A DNA stretch of 64,000 nucleotides from the NCBI RefSeq assembly GCF_006345805.1, contig NC_042997.1, positions 191,146,001-191,210,000 of the forward strand, in the 5' to 3' direction. This DNA is from Octopus sinensis. Its lineage: Eukaryota. Position numbers and translations under genes: made by a program. Positions within the stretch are counted from its first letter, which is position 1. Every line of letters begins with the position of its first letter. This document shows, piece after piece, positions 1 to 11,527 of the stretch. The notes under the pieces were generated by a model that made no database searches, was not told where the DNA came from, and saw only the letters and a program-made list of their open reading frames with translations.

Positions 1-331
1 AAACGAAAACAGTTAACAGGCAGGTGCAGGAGGGGCTGTGTTTTGGATTTACTCCAACTATGTAGCATCTTGGGCAAGAATCTTTTACTACATTTCAGTA
101 CATATTTGGCTTGTTTTGGTTTGTAAAGCTGGATGCCTCTTCCATCACCAACCATCACACAGAGTATACTGGGTAGAATTAGAGAAGTTGGCATGCTCTA
201 CACAGGACAAGGCTAAAGGGTCCTCTCAACCTCAGGTTTTCTCTATTCATTTGCCAACCACTTTACTGTGTATTGGGCAAATTTTGTTGAGGCAGAAACA
301 CCATATACATACATATATATACACTTACACA

Positions 332-540
332 TGTGGTAGGGCTGAAAAGCTCCTAGCTTTGGATAAAAGAAAATACAGGAGGATCAGTTAATTGTGATTT
401 TATTCCCTTTTTCAGATTCACACACTTATTGCAGCAGTCCTTCAGTTTTTCTGAGCCCTGTAAAAAAAACTTGGAAGGTTGGGCCTCCAATCAGGCTTTT
501 CACAATACTCTTAAGGCCAGGAACTTTTCAGCAACCTCTC
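332..540. mobile_element. Mariner-type MITE, degenerate copy
   Basis: Degenerate TIRs (GGGCTGAAAAGCTCCTAGCTTT ... AAGGCCAGGAACTTTTCAGCAACC) and the same interior as the copy at 5705-5912. Confidence 0.7.
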
Positions 541-1047
541 GTGTGTGTGTGTGTGTATGTGTGCACACACACACACACATGACCAGTGAAGAGTGGAGTT
601 GTTGGAATCACATTTGTTCCATGGTTTCCATCTGTCTCAGCAACATACGCATGGCAAATCATATAAGTTGGTAAATATGGAAGAGAGCAATCATTATGTA
701 ATATTGGTTTCAAATTTTGGCACAAGGCCAGCAAGTTCAGGGGAAGAGGATAAGTCAATAATACCAACACTAGTGTTCAGCTGGTACTTATTTTATTGAC
801 ACTGAAAGGATGGAAAGCAAAGTTGAACTTGGTGGAATTTGAACTCACAATGGAAAGACAGACAAAGCTTTTTTGTCTGGCATGCTAATGATTCTGTCAG
901 CTTGCCACCTTGAAATAAAACAATTGTAAAACATCTCAAGCAAGAATTTTTTTGTCTCCAGCAAGAATTTTTTCTCTCAAATATTTTTTGAACTGCATCT
1001 AATTTTGCTTACTTTCAGTCACTGCTCTGCACATCTACTCATGAATA

Positions 1048-1506
1048 TGTAACAAGATGAGAGTTCAGGAACACTGGAGGGGTGTCCGATCTGATCTGTC
1101 ACATACAATTTAAGTTGAATAAAGGGAGACAAAGTCAGGCGGTCTTCGATAACAGTAAGTGGTGGTTTATTCTGCGGTTACAGGTAAGAACGAGTGCACA
1201 TGTATCTCTAGTAGGGAAACCGGCAGCCGAATCCGCAGGACTGGTTGCAAGGTTTTCTCATGCGAGTCAAGATGGTTCGCTCCCGCTTCGTTGGGGTGAG
1301 GTTCTCTGAGTGTAGGGTTGTTTCCTGAGAGAAAGTCAAGCCACGTCAGACCGCTAGCGCTGCTCATGCCAGAAAAGACCGATTCAGCAGTCAGGCTTTT
1401 AGGTTTCAGTTCCTGCACATGCGCATGAGGAAAACTCCTGGTGACCAACCGGAAATAATCCAATTCTGCGCATGTGCGCTGAAACTTACACAGTAGCGTC
1501 ACTACA
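1048..1506 (-). mobile_element. Solo LTR (459 bp)
   Basis: TGTA...TACA termini, identical 4-bp flanks AATA (1044-1047 and 1507-1510), GC content clearly above the surroundings, and AATAAA on the minus strand at 1171-1166. Confidence 0.7.
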
Positions 1507-1616
1507 AATATATATAGCAGCATCATGATTGTCTGAAGTATCCAAACACAGAACTGTCACATTGAGAAAGTAGAGAAGAAGAGTATTGAAAAGAAAACTT
1601 TTGGCTCTAAACCTAC

Positions 1617-1748
1617 CTCCGAAGCCAGTACCATCACAATCACATACAAAAGACCCTGGCGTATTCGTGCAGACACCTTGATTTTGGCACCATTCTGTTC
1701 GGTTGCTGCACTCATTTATGTCTTCAGTACAGTTCTGACCATTCCAAC
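1617..1748 (-). CDS. crb: Crumbs-like gene, exon G: calcium-binding EGF; gene continues beyond window start
   Basis: Acceptor ttttgtcag|GT, phase 1. Encodes GWNGQNCTEDINECSNRTEWCQNQGVCTNTPGSFVCDCDGTGFG. Preferred donor G|GTAGGT at 1617; a weaker alternative AG|GTTTAG lies at 1613. The CDCxGTGFxG motif matches my recollection of fly Crumbs. Confidence 0.87.
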
Positions 1749-1785
1749 CTGACAAAAGAAAAAGGATAAATTATTTGAATGTATA

Positions 1786-1956
1786 GGCGTAGGAGTGGCT
1801 GCGTGGTAAGTAGCTTGCTTACCAACCACATGGTTCCAGGTTCAGTCTCACAGAGTGGCACCTTGGGCAAGTTTCTTCTACTATAGCCTAGGGCCAACCA
1901 AAGCCTTGTGAGTGGATTTGGTAGACAGAAACTGAAAGAAGCCTGTCGTATATATG

Positions 1957-1989
<33 letters not shown>

Positions 1990-2039
1990 TTGTGTGTCTG
2001 TGTCTGTCTCCTCCAACATCACTTGACAACCGATGCTGG
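1786..2039 (+). mobile_element. tRNA-derived SINE family A, 3'-truncated
   Basis: Head GGCGTAGGAGTGGCTGCGTGG (A box), GGTTCAGTC (B box), ACCTTGGGCAAGT core, internal (TA)n(TG)n spacer. More than 20 copies or fragments in the window. Confidence 0.85.
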
Positions 2040-2539
2040 GGGAAGGAGAGGTGGCTTTATACCAGGTGTTGATGGAAGGTAGAGTTAGAGAATGATAGAG
2101 GGACAAGTGGTGGTGTAGTGCTATGGCTACCCCATATTATTGATGGGAAGTGACCAGAAAGGTGATAAAGAGGGAAATCACTGGGTGCCAGAGCAAACCC
2201 TCAAAGGGCAAGAGCAGATATGGTAAGTGGATTAGGAGTGAGATGGATTAGGAGCTAGAGATGGGAGGGTAGAGGTGAATGTAATGAGTGCTGAGCAGGG
2301 GTGGAAGTATAGCTCGATGGTATAAATCAGAATGAAGGTACAAGGTTGGAGAGAAGTGGCTCAGAAAAGTAAAATTTGACTGTGGAAAACTACTTACCAC
2401 TAGCACATTGGCACACGTATGCGAATCCTTTCTCTTTACACGTTCCACCATTTTTACAAGGAGAACCCTTACAATAATCGATTTTCGTCTCACAATCAAC
2501 GCCTTCATATCCTGAAAGAAAATTTTAAAAAACGTAAAA

Positions 2540-3450
2540 TCGATCAACATCACTGGAAATTGTAGCTGTGATACCATAAGAGAACCATCCGAACGTGGTT
2601 GATGCCAGCGCTGCCCCGACTGGCCTCCGTGCCAGTGGCACGTAAAAAGCACCATCCGATCGTGGCCGTTTGCCAGCCTCGTCTGGCACCTGTGTAGGTG
2701 GCACGTAAAAAGCACCCACTACACTCACGGAGTGGTTGGCGTTAGAAAGGGCATCCAGCTGTAGAAACACTGCCAGATCAGACTGGGCCTGGCGCAGCCT
2801 TCTGGCTTCCCAGACCCCAGTTGAACTGTCCAACCCATGCTAGCATGGAAAACGGACGTTAAACGATGATGATGATAAATTAAATTGACAGGTGACTGAG
2901 ACCATTGGAGATATGTTGTACTTGGGAAGACTTGCCAAGCCAAGTGTGACCATAGCTGTGGCTGCTGCTAGTGTCATGTAAATGACACCCATGAAATCAT
3001 AATCATGACCATTGCCAGTGTTATGTAAATGGCACTTGTGCCAGTGGAACATAAAAAGTGCCCATTACACTCTCAGAGTGATTGGCATTAGGAAGGGCAT
3101 CCAGTTGTAGAAACCATGGCAAATCAGACTGGAACTTGGTGCAACCCTCCGGCTTACCAATTCCAGTCAAGCTGTCTAACCCACGCCTGCATGGAAAGCC
3201 GACTCTAAATGATGATATGATAAATTAAGTAAAATCCGGTTCTTTTAACTGATGCTGGTGTCACATAAAACAACCCATGCTAGTGCCACGTAGAAGACAC
3301 CCAGTACACACTGTAAAGGGGTTAGTGTTAGGAAGGGCATCCAGCCACAGAAAGCACAGACAACTGAGGCTTGAGGAGCTCTCCAGCTGGCCAGCTCCCA
3401 TCAAATCATTCAGCTTATGCCTGCATGGAAAACACACATTAAATGATGAT
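2540..3450 (+). mobile_element. Cluster of three RTE 3'-UTR retrocopies (family B)
   Basis: Each has the GGAAGGGCATCCAG...GCATGGAAA motif and a (GAT)n tail; the first copy is the best preserved. Confidence 0.75.
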
Positions 3451-3718
3451 AATGATCTGGGTGAAATTTGGCTGCTATTTCTAACAAACTCAACAGCCAC
3501 ATACAAGTTCACACACTGGCTTCTATTTATAAATGTAACCTCAAGCCTCAGTTGTCTGTTTTGGTATGCTTTCTATGGCTTTCTATTTGGCCATGTTAAC
3601 TCTGAAACGTTACCAAAGGAGAAGCCACCTCTACTACCTCGTGCCTCATTTCATTAACTATTAGATCAGAAATACCATCACAGCCATTAACAAACATAAG
3701 AAAACAACAACAGCTTAC

Positions 3719-3872
3719 CCTGAGTGCAATTACAAACATAGCCAGTCAAGTCAGCATTATTTGAACAGTTTCCCCTTCCACTACAGGTAGTATTCTCACA
3801 GAAATCTCTCTTAATTTCACATTCTTTGCCTTCAAAGCCTTGATCACATGAGCAGTTGAAAACTTCAAAAGT
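3719..3872 (-). CDS. crb: Crumbs-like gene, exon F: EGF second half plus most of the next EGF
   Basis: Acceptor cttctactccag|ACT, phase 0. Encodes TFEVFNCSCDQGFEGKECEIKRDFCENTTCSGRGNCSNNADLTGYVCNCTQ. Donor G|GTAAGC, phase 1. Confidence 0.9.
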
Positions 3873-3980
3873 CTGGAGTAGAAGAAGAAAATAGATAAAT
3901 AAATAAATCAATCAATCAAAGAAACTATTTTTAATGAGAAAGACATTTTCAAAATTCCCAAGTGAGCAAGAAGGTTTTAT

Positions 3981-4775
3981 TCTTTTACTTGTTTCAGTCA
4001 TTTGACTGTGGCCATGCTGGAGCACCGCCTTTAGTCGAGCAAATCGACCCCAGGACTTATTCTTTGTAAGCCTAGTACTTATTCTATCAGTCTCTTTTGC
4101 CGAACTGCTAAGTTATGGGGATGTAAACATACCAGCATTGGTTGTCAAGCGATGTTGGGGGGACAAACACTGACACAAATATATATATATGTATATATAT
4201 ACGACGGGCTTCTTCCAGTTTCCCTCTACTAAATCCACTCACAAGGCTTTGATCTGCCCGAAGCTATAGTAACAGACGCTTGCCCAAGATGTCACACAGT
4301 GGGACTGAACCCAGAACCATGTGGTTGGTAAGCAAGCTACTCACCACACAGCCACTCCTGTGCATATAGTAGGTAAACTAATGTAGCCATGTTGGTATTT
4401 ATCCTTTTTTTTTTTTTTTACTAGTTTCATTCATTCGATTGCAGCCATGCTGGAGCACCGTCTTTAGTCAAATAATCGACCGCAGGACTTATTCTTTGTA
4501 AGCTCAGTACTTATTCTATTGGTCTATTTTGCTGAACCGCTAAGTTACAGTGACGTAAGCACACCAACATCGGTTGTCAAATGATGGTGGTGGGGAAAAA
4601 CACACACATATATATAAAATGGGCTTGTTTCAATTTCCATCTACCAAATCCACTCACAAGGCTTTGGTCAGCCCAAGGTTATAGTAGAAGACACTTGCCC
4701 AAGGTGCCACACAATGGGACTGAACCTGGAGCCATATGGTTGGTAAGCAAGTTACTTACCAAACCACACTTGCAC
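3981..4775 (-). mobile_element. Two SINE A copies, reverse orientation
   Basis: Reverse complement of the family A head, core and tail at about 3981-4362 and 4420-4775. Confidence 0.8.
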
Positions 4776-5100
4776 CTATTCATTTAAATGAAAAAAAAAA
4801 TTTATAAGCTTTATCTTTACATTTTTGTCTTTTAGTCTTTTACTTGTTTCAATCATTGGACTGCAGCCATGCTGGGACATTGCTTTGAAAGGTTTTAGTC
4901 AAACCAATCAACCCAACCACACTTTCTTTCTGTTTTATTTTTTGCTTTTTTTTTTTGGTCCAAGCTTGGTACTTATTCAACAAGTCTCTTGTGCTGAGCC
5001 ACTAAGTTACAGGAATGTAAACAAACCAACATGGGTTATCATGTGGTGGTAGGGGACACACACATCTGTATGTCTTCACTTACACACTGAGACATATGGT

Positions 5101-5247
5101 GGCAGTAGTGGCTGTATGGTAAGTAGCTTACTTACCAGCCACATGGTTCCAGGTTCAGTCCCACTGCGTGTCTTCTACTATAGCCTTGGGCCGACCAAAG
5201 CCTTGTGAGTGGATTTGGTAGACGGAAACTGAAAGAAGCCCGTCGTA

Positions 5248-5287
<40 letters not shown>

Positions 5288-5507
5288 CATGTATGTTTGT
5301 GTGTCTGTGTGTGTCCCCCCAACATCGCTTGACAACCGATGCTGGTGTGTTTATGTCCCTGTAACTTAGTGGTTCGGCAAAAGAGACTGATAGAATAAGT
5401 ACCAGGCTTACGAAGAATAAAACCTGTGGTCGATTTAGTTGACTAAAGGCGGTGCTCCAGCATGGCCACAGTCAAATGACTGAAAGAAGTAAAAGAGTAA
5501 AAGAGAG
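5101..5507 (+). mobile_element. SINE A, near full length
   Basis: Head, core, microsatellite spacer and GTAAAAGAGTAAAAGAG tail. Confidence 0.85.
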
Positions 5508-5524
5508 ATATGTATAGTTCAAAA

Positions 5525-5670
5525 TTGTACAAAAAGATTTTCTTTCTTCATTCTTTTTTGTAGAAGAACGTAGGCTCAAAGCATCAAGACTCTTCAGTTT
5601 TCCCTGAACATCAAACTAATACATCTTGTTTGTTGTTCCCTCACTTGTCTGTGCCTTCTGTTTTTTGCAT
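5525..5670 (+). mobile_element. Penelope-like relic, degenerate copy
   Basis: Matches the reverse complement of 24945-25085, including a decayed hammerhead-like motif (TAGAAGAACGTAGGCTCAAAGCATCAAGA). Confidence 0.5.
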
Positions 5671-5704
5671 ATCATACATCATGCATGCATGTATAATGTA
5701 TATA

Positions 5705-5912
5705 TGAGGGGGTGCTGAAAAGTTCCTGGCTTTGGGTAAAAGAAAATACAGGAGGGTCAGTTAGCTATGGTTTAATTGAACATATTCCTCTCTCCGATTC
5801 ACACACTTATTGCAGGAATCCTTCAACTTTTTTAAGACTTGTAGAAGAACTCAGGCCTCCAACAGGTCTTTTGTGATAACCTTAAAGCCAGGAACTTTTC
5901 AGCAGCCCCTCA
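5705..5912. mobile_element. Mariner-type MITE (208 bp)
   Basis: 29-bp TIRs TGAGGGGGTGCTGAAAAGTTCCTGGCTTT / AAAGCCAGGAACTTTTCAGCAGCCCCTCA (1 mismatch), TA on the left flank. Other copies at 332 and, partial, about 9880-10000. Confidence 0.85.
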
Positions 5913-6094
5913 TCTGTATGTCTTCATTTACACACTGAGACATATGGTGGGTGCCATACAAATTGATCAAAAAGGGACTTAGATTCGGCTCAGATTGGTT
6001 CAGACTGTTTTCAAGTATGATGTGGATCAAATGCAGATTTGCTGTTAGCAACAGCATCAAAGCAAGGGTAACAGAGAGAAGAGAGCTTCATCTG

Positions 6095-6445
6095 ACTCAA
6101 TGCCAGTGCCACCAGACTGGCTCCTGTGCTGGTGGCACGTCAAAGGCACCATACGAGCGTGGTCGATGCCAGTGCCGCCTGACTGGTTCCTGTACTGGTG
6201 GCATGTAAAAAGCACCATTCAAGCATGGTCAACATCAGTGCACTGCTGTGCCAGTGACACATAAAAAGCATCTACTACATTCTCAGAGTGGTTGGCATTA
6301 GGAAGGCATCCAGCTGTAGAAACCTTGTTAGATCAGATTGGAGCCTGGTACAGCCTCCTGGCCTACCAGTCCTCAGTCAAACCATCTAACACATGCCAGC
6401 ATGGAAAGTGGACATTAAACAATGATGATGATGCTGATGATGACG
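6095..6445 (+). mobile_element. RTE 3'-UTR retrocopy (family B)
   Basis: Internal GTGCC-N3-GGCAC units, family 3' motif, (GAT)n tail. Confidence 0.8.
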
Positions 6446-6717
6446 GAGGAACACATAATTGAGAGAAAAATGAGTTGGAGTGAAATATGGAAGTGAAGTC
6501 ATGCCGGAGTTTTCTGATTTGTTCATCTTACAATACCTTGCTATCACCTACAAACCTAGCAAGAGAGAATGTAATAGAGAATGATAAATGCAGATACAGG
6601 AAGGTTGGAACACTGAAACATATTCTTTCCAACAGTTCACTGGCATTAGATAGATATACCTGGAATCACAATCTGGTCCTTAAGGTCCTCTTCAATGCTA
6701 CAAAGAACCAAATTGCT

Positions 6718-7125
6718 CTCATCATCATCATCATCATTTAACGTCTGCTTTCCATGCTAGCATGGGTTGGACAATTTGACTGAGGACTAGCGAACCAGAT
6801 GGCTGCACCAGGCTCCACTCTGATCTGGCAGAGTTTCTACAGCTGGATGTCCTTCCTAATGCCAACCACTCCGAGAGTGTAGTGTGTCCTTTTATATGCC
6901 ACTGGCACGAAGGCCAGTCAGGCAGTACTGGCAACGGCCATGCTCAAATGGTGTTTTTTACATGCCACCTGCACAGGAGCCAGTCCAGAAGCACTGGCAA
7001 TGACCTTGCTCGAATATTTTTTCAAGTGCCAGTAAGGTGGTGCTGGTAACGATCACGCTTGAATGATGCTTTTTACATGTCACCGGCACGGAAGCCAGTC
7101 AGCCGCTCTGGCAACGTTCACGAGG
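6718..7125 (-). mobile_element. RTE 3'-UTR retrocopy (family B)
   Basis: (ATC)n followed by the reverse complement of the family B body. Confidence 0.8.
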
Positions 7126-7194
7126 GTCATATCCAGAAAAAGATTTCTTTGCATGTGTTTAACTCCATAAAAACTAGAGATAAGTGTTGGTTTC

Positions 7195-7612
7195 TGAGTT
7201 ATTTGTGGTTAGTGAAAGGAAATAGTTAAGTTAAATTTTTTTGGCTCAAAAAGCAAAAAGCAAGGGCATGTAGGGGGACATGGAGTTATGTACAGGGTGG
7301 TGTTCATGTAAAGAGTTCAGGCCACTTGAGGTCAAGAGAGACTTTGAACCGAGCGGTCGTCGGCAGCTTCACTATCTCGTCCGGCAGCTTATTCCACGGA
7401 TCCACAACCCAGAAGGAGAAAGCCCCTCTCCTTCAATTGAGATGAAATCGTCGCAGATAGAGTTTTTCGGAGTGACCCCGCAGCCGACGCTCTGGAGTAG
7501 GAGTGGAGAACAGCTCTTTCGAGTGGTTACACTTTCCGCTTATGTTGTGAGTGAGAATGAGATCACCACAACGTCATCGTTTTTCTAGAGAATAAAGGTC
7601 GAGCGTCTTCAG
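7195..7612 (-). mobile_element. CR1-like LINE, 5'-truncated 3' end
   Basis: Minus frame reads LKTLDLYSLEKR*RCGDLI...LRGHSEKL...FWVVDPWNKLPDEIV...FKVSLD, the CR1-clade ORF2 C-terminus, with internal stops. Confidence 0.8.
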
Positions 7613-7719
7613 CCTTTCTTCATAAGACAAATGCTTGAGACCAAGAACCAAATATTCCCAAAAAAACTGGAAACTGAAGTAGCAACAAAAACAACAAAAA
7701 TACTAGGAACAAAACTTAC

Positions 7720-7797
7720 CCTTCCAGAATTGTCTGTGTAATTAAGATAATTGCAAGTTCCATTTTTACAATTAGTTTTGGTGCATGTTTCATTGAT
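7720..7797 (-). CDS. crb: Crumbs-like gene, exon E: first half of an EGF domain
   Basis: Acceptor catcatttcag|ATC, phase 0. Encodes INETCTKTNCKNGTCNYLNYTDNSGR. Donor AGG|GTAAGT, phase 0. Confidence 0.87.
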
Positions 7798-8532
7798 CTG
7801 AAATGATGACAAAACAAAAATTTAATGTTTTAATAAATGAAAACAAAAATAATAATAAATAGATTTTAAAGTCAATTTGAAATTTATTTGTTCCTTGTTT
7901 TAAAACCAAAGTGGTTTTAAAACTACCGTGGTAGATTGAGCCCAAAGTTTGTGGTAAATTTTATGGTGTAAGAAAGACTACTCCTAGCAAGTGTATGGCT
8001 GGCTGTAAATTCCCGACAAATATCCATTCCAGTTATATTAATCACTAGTACTTCTGGATTAACTTAAAAGTCATTCAGTCCTTTTCTCTCTTTGCTTATA
8101 AATCTGAGTCTTAATGTCTGGCCTGTAGGAGATGAAATCTTTATGTATTGTTAACATCTCCAGGTTTATTGTAAAGTATTCATGGTTATAATACAAAGCT
8201 GTAACTGAGAATTAAAAGAAAGGTAAAGAAATGCTTATAATATACAATAAACAAGTAACTACAATACAAAGTAAAGATGTGAATTATTTTATCAGGTAAT
8301 GAATAGAAATTGAAAACTGGTGGCTGTCGCTGGAAAGACATAGAAATGTTTGTGAACAAAAGTTTTCAGCAAAAGCATACACAGACATGGCTGTGTGGTA
8401 AGAAGCTTATTTCCCAACCACATGGTCCCAGGTTCAATCTCACAATGTGGCACTTTGGGTAAGTGTCTTCTACTATAGCCTTGGGTTGTGGATTTGGTAG
8501 ACAGAAACTGAAAGGAGCTCATCATATGTATG

Positions 8533-8569
<37 letters not shown>

Positions 8570-8587
8570 GTGTGTGTATGTATGTAA

Positions 8588-8900
8588 TGAAGGCGTGTGA
8601 CTTAGTGGTTAGGGCATTCAGCTCACAATTATAAGGTCATGAGTTCAATTCCTGGTGACCTGTTGTGTCCTTGAGCAAGGCATTTTATTTCACATTGCTC
8701 CAGTCCACTCAGCTGGCAAAAATGAATAGTACCTGTATTTCAAAGGGTCAGCCTAGTCACACTACGTGTCATGCTGAGTCTCTCTGAGAACTATGTTAAG
8801 GGTACATGTGTCTTTGGAGTGCTCAGCCACTTGCATGTTAATTTCATGAGCAAGCTGTTCTATTGACTGTATCAGCTGGGACTCATCGTAACCGACAGAG
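8588..8900 (+). mobile_element. tRNA-derived SINE family H
   Basis: A box TGACTTAGTGG, B box GAGTTCAATTCC, TGTGTCCTTGAGCAAGGCA core. Related heads at about 9775, 14932 (minus) and 21850. Confidence 0.65.
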
Positions 8901-8933
8901 TGCTCCTGTGTATATGTATATATATATATATAG

Positions 8934-9345
8934 GTATGGCTGTGTGTTAAGAAGCTTACTTCCCAAACACATGGTTCCGGATTCAGTCCCACTGTGTGGT
9001 ACCTTTGGCAAGTGTCTTCTACTATAGCCTTAGGCTGACCAAAGCCTTGTGAGATAATTTGGTAGATGGAAACTGAAAGAAGCCTGTCATATATGTGTGT
9101 GTGAGTGTGAGTGTGTGTGTGTGTCTCCCCACTACTGCTTGACAACCAGTATTGGTGTGTTTATGTCCCTGTAACTTAGCAATTTAGCAAAAGAGACCGA
9201 CAGAATAAGTACCAGGCTTCAAAAAAAAAACACAAACAAAAAAATAGACTGGATAGGAGTGGCAGGGGACGATTCATTCAACAAAAAATTCAAGGTGGTG
9301 CCCCAGCATGGCCACAGTCAAATGACTGAAACATGTAAAAGATAA
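8934..9345 (+). mobile_element. SINE A
   Basis: Family A head, core, spacer and tail. Confidence 0.8.
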
Positions 9346-10166
9346 AAACCTTTAGAATAATAAAAAGAAAGAAGGGCCATAATCCAATCAACAAATGGAA
9401 ATTACTACTGTGACCTCGTTATCAAGAATACAATGTTGGTATTAAGAAAAGATGGGATTACAAGTATATAAGAATGTCTATTAAATTCAATAAGTCTGAG
9501 TCCCTTAGATTACAGAATATCAGGGGTTGGCTACTAGATAACAATACTTGTATGGTTCACTATTATTATAAAACTAGATTCAGCAGGTAGTGAACAAAAG
9601 TTTTCAGCAAAAGCATACACAGATGCAGGCATGGCTGTGTGGTAAGAAGCTAACTTCCCAATCACATGGTCCCAGGTTCAATCCCACTATATGGCACCTT
9701 GGGCTGACCAAAGCCTTGTGAGTGGATTTGGTAGACAGAAACTGAAAGGAGCCCATCGTATGTATGTATGTAGTGAAGGCATGTGACTTAATGGTTAGGG
9801 CATTCAGCTCACAATCATGAGGTTGTGAGTTCAATTCCTGGCGACAATAGTCTTCTATGAAGCTATATGACTATATGAAGGAATGTGGCTTTGGGTCATA
9901 GAAAATATAGAAGGATCAGTTAATTATGATTTTATCCAAAATATTCCCCTCTCAGATTCACACATTCACTGCACCAGTCCTACGATTTTTCTAAGCCGAA
10001 CTAAAAAATAATCAACAACTTCAGTGACTTTTATTGCACTTCTATATTTGCAACTATTTTCATAAATCAATAATTCTCCATAAACCATTTTTCTTTTGTT
10101 AATATTGAAATAAAAACAAAAAAAAAAGTTGTTTTTTTTTTAATTTTACAAATTTAAAATTTGACA

Positions 10167-10946
10167 GGTGCAGGGGTGGCTGTGTGGTAAGTAGCTTGCT
10201 AACCAACCACATGGTTCCGGGTTCAGTCCCACTGTGTGGCATCTTGGGCAAGTGTCTTCTGCTATAGCCCCGGGCCGACCAATGCCTTATGAGTGGATTT
10301 GGTAGACGGAAACTGAAAGAAGCCTGTCGTATATCTCTCTCTATATAAACGGCAGTTTGTCTGTGCGTGTTTCTGTGTGTCTGTTTGCTTGTACCTTCAC
10401 CCTGACCACGGCTTTCAACCGATTCTGATGAAACTTGACACACACATAGCCCAATGTCATAATTCAAAACTAACGCAGCGAAAATTTTGAAAAGTTCCCC
10501 CAGTTCTGAAAAGAATCGATAAATTCGACATGGGATCGAGAATCAGAAACCCAAACTGTCTAGGGGACGCAACTCCACCTTTTTTAACTAAAAAAAAATT
10601 TACCATCATTTTTTTCCATTTTTTTTGCTATTTTTTGGCTATAACTCTCTAAAAATGCTTTATAGTTATTTCCCTTACAAACCTGAGCAACGCCGGGCGA
10701 TACTGCTAGTATGTATATAGAAATATGTATGTGTGTGTTTGTGTTTGTCCCCCTAGCATTGCTTGACAACCGATGCTGGTGTGTTTACGTCCCCATCACT
10801 TAGCGGTTTGGAAAAAGAGAGCGATAGAATAAGTACTGGGTTTACAGAGAATAAGTCCCGGGGTCGATTTGCTTGACTAAAGGTGGTGCTCCAGCATGGC
10901 TGCAGTCAAAAATGACTGAAACAAGTAAAAGAGTAAGAGTAAAGAG
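10167..10946 (+). mobile_element. SINE A split by a Helitron
   Basis: Head and core end at 10333; spacer and tail resume at 10710. Confidence 0.8.
10334..10709 (+). mobile_element. Non-autonomous Helitron (376 bp)
   Basis: 5' TC, 3' CTAG preceded by the hairpin CCTGAGCAACGCCGGG (10682-10697), inserted between A10333 and T10710 with no TSD. These are the canonical Helitron hallmarks. Confidence 0.8.
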
Positions 10947-11227
10947 TATATATGTATATATATGTGTGTGTGTGTGTATGATTGTGTGTGTGTTTGACAC
11001 CACCCCCCCAACATCACTTGAGAACCGATGCTGCTTTGACAAAATGGTGGATGATTTGAGAGAAGAGGAAGTGGCTTTATACCAGGTACTGAAAGGCTGA
11101 AATATCATAGAAGGACCAAACAGAGCTCTGTGCTTTAAATTATTTAGATATTTTAGAGTTCTTATTAACCTTTTAACAATAAAATTAAAATCCATGGTTA
11201 TTCAAGTAATGATTTTTTATATTCATG

Positions 11228-11527
11228 CGTCCTTTTCAAGCCTAGCCAGGCTCATGGGCCCGGTTTCCAGGTTTCTATGGCGTACGTGTCCCCCCCAGCT
11301 GGACGGGGCGCCAGTCCATCACAGCGTTACTCAAGAAAGAGGAAGAGAGAGTGAAAGAAAGTTGGGGCAAAAGAGTACAACAGGGGTAGCCACTACCCCC
11401 TGCCAGAGCCTCGTGGAACTTTAGGTGTTTTCACTCAAACACACACAACGCCCGGTCTGGGAATCGAAATCGCGATCCTCCGACCGCGTGTCTGCTGCCC
11501 TAACCACTGAGCCATTGCACCTCCACT
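11228..11527 (-). mobile_element. tRNA-derived SINE family G
   Basis: Minus strand TGGCTCAGTGGTTAGGGCAG (A box) and GATTTCGATTCCC (B box); head and core shared with 28905-29214. Confidence 0.75.

Noticed and set aside
1-1047. Next exon (final EGF, TM, ERLI tail)
   Set aside because: No EGF, transmembrane or ERLI-encoding segment with splice sites was found by eye; it is presumably beyond the window.
1167-1526. 119-aa minus-strand ORF
   Set aside because: Lies almost entirely within the solo LTR and has no recognisable domain.
11450-11527. SINE heads (families A, C, G, H) as tRNA genes
   Set aside because: They have A and B boxes but no complete cloverleaf, and they continue into repeated SINE bodies.
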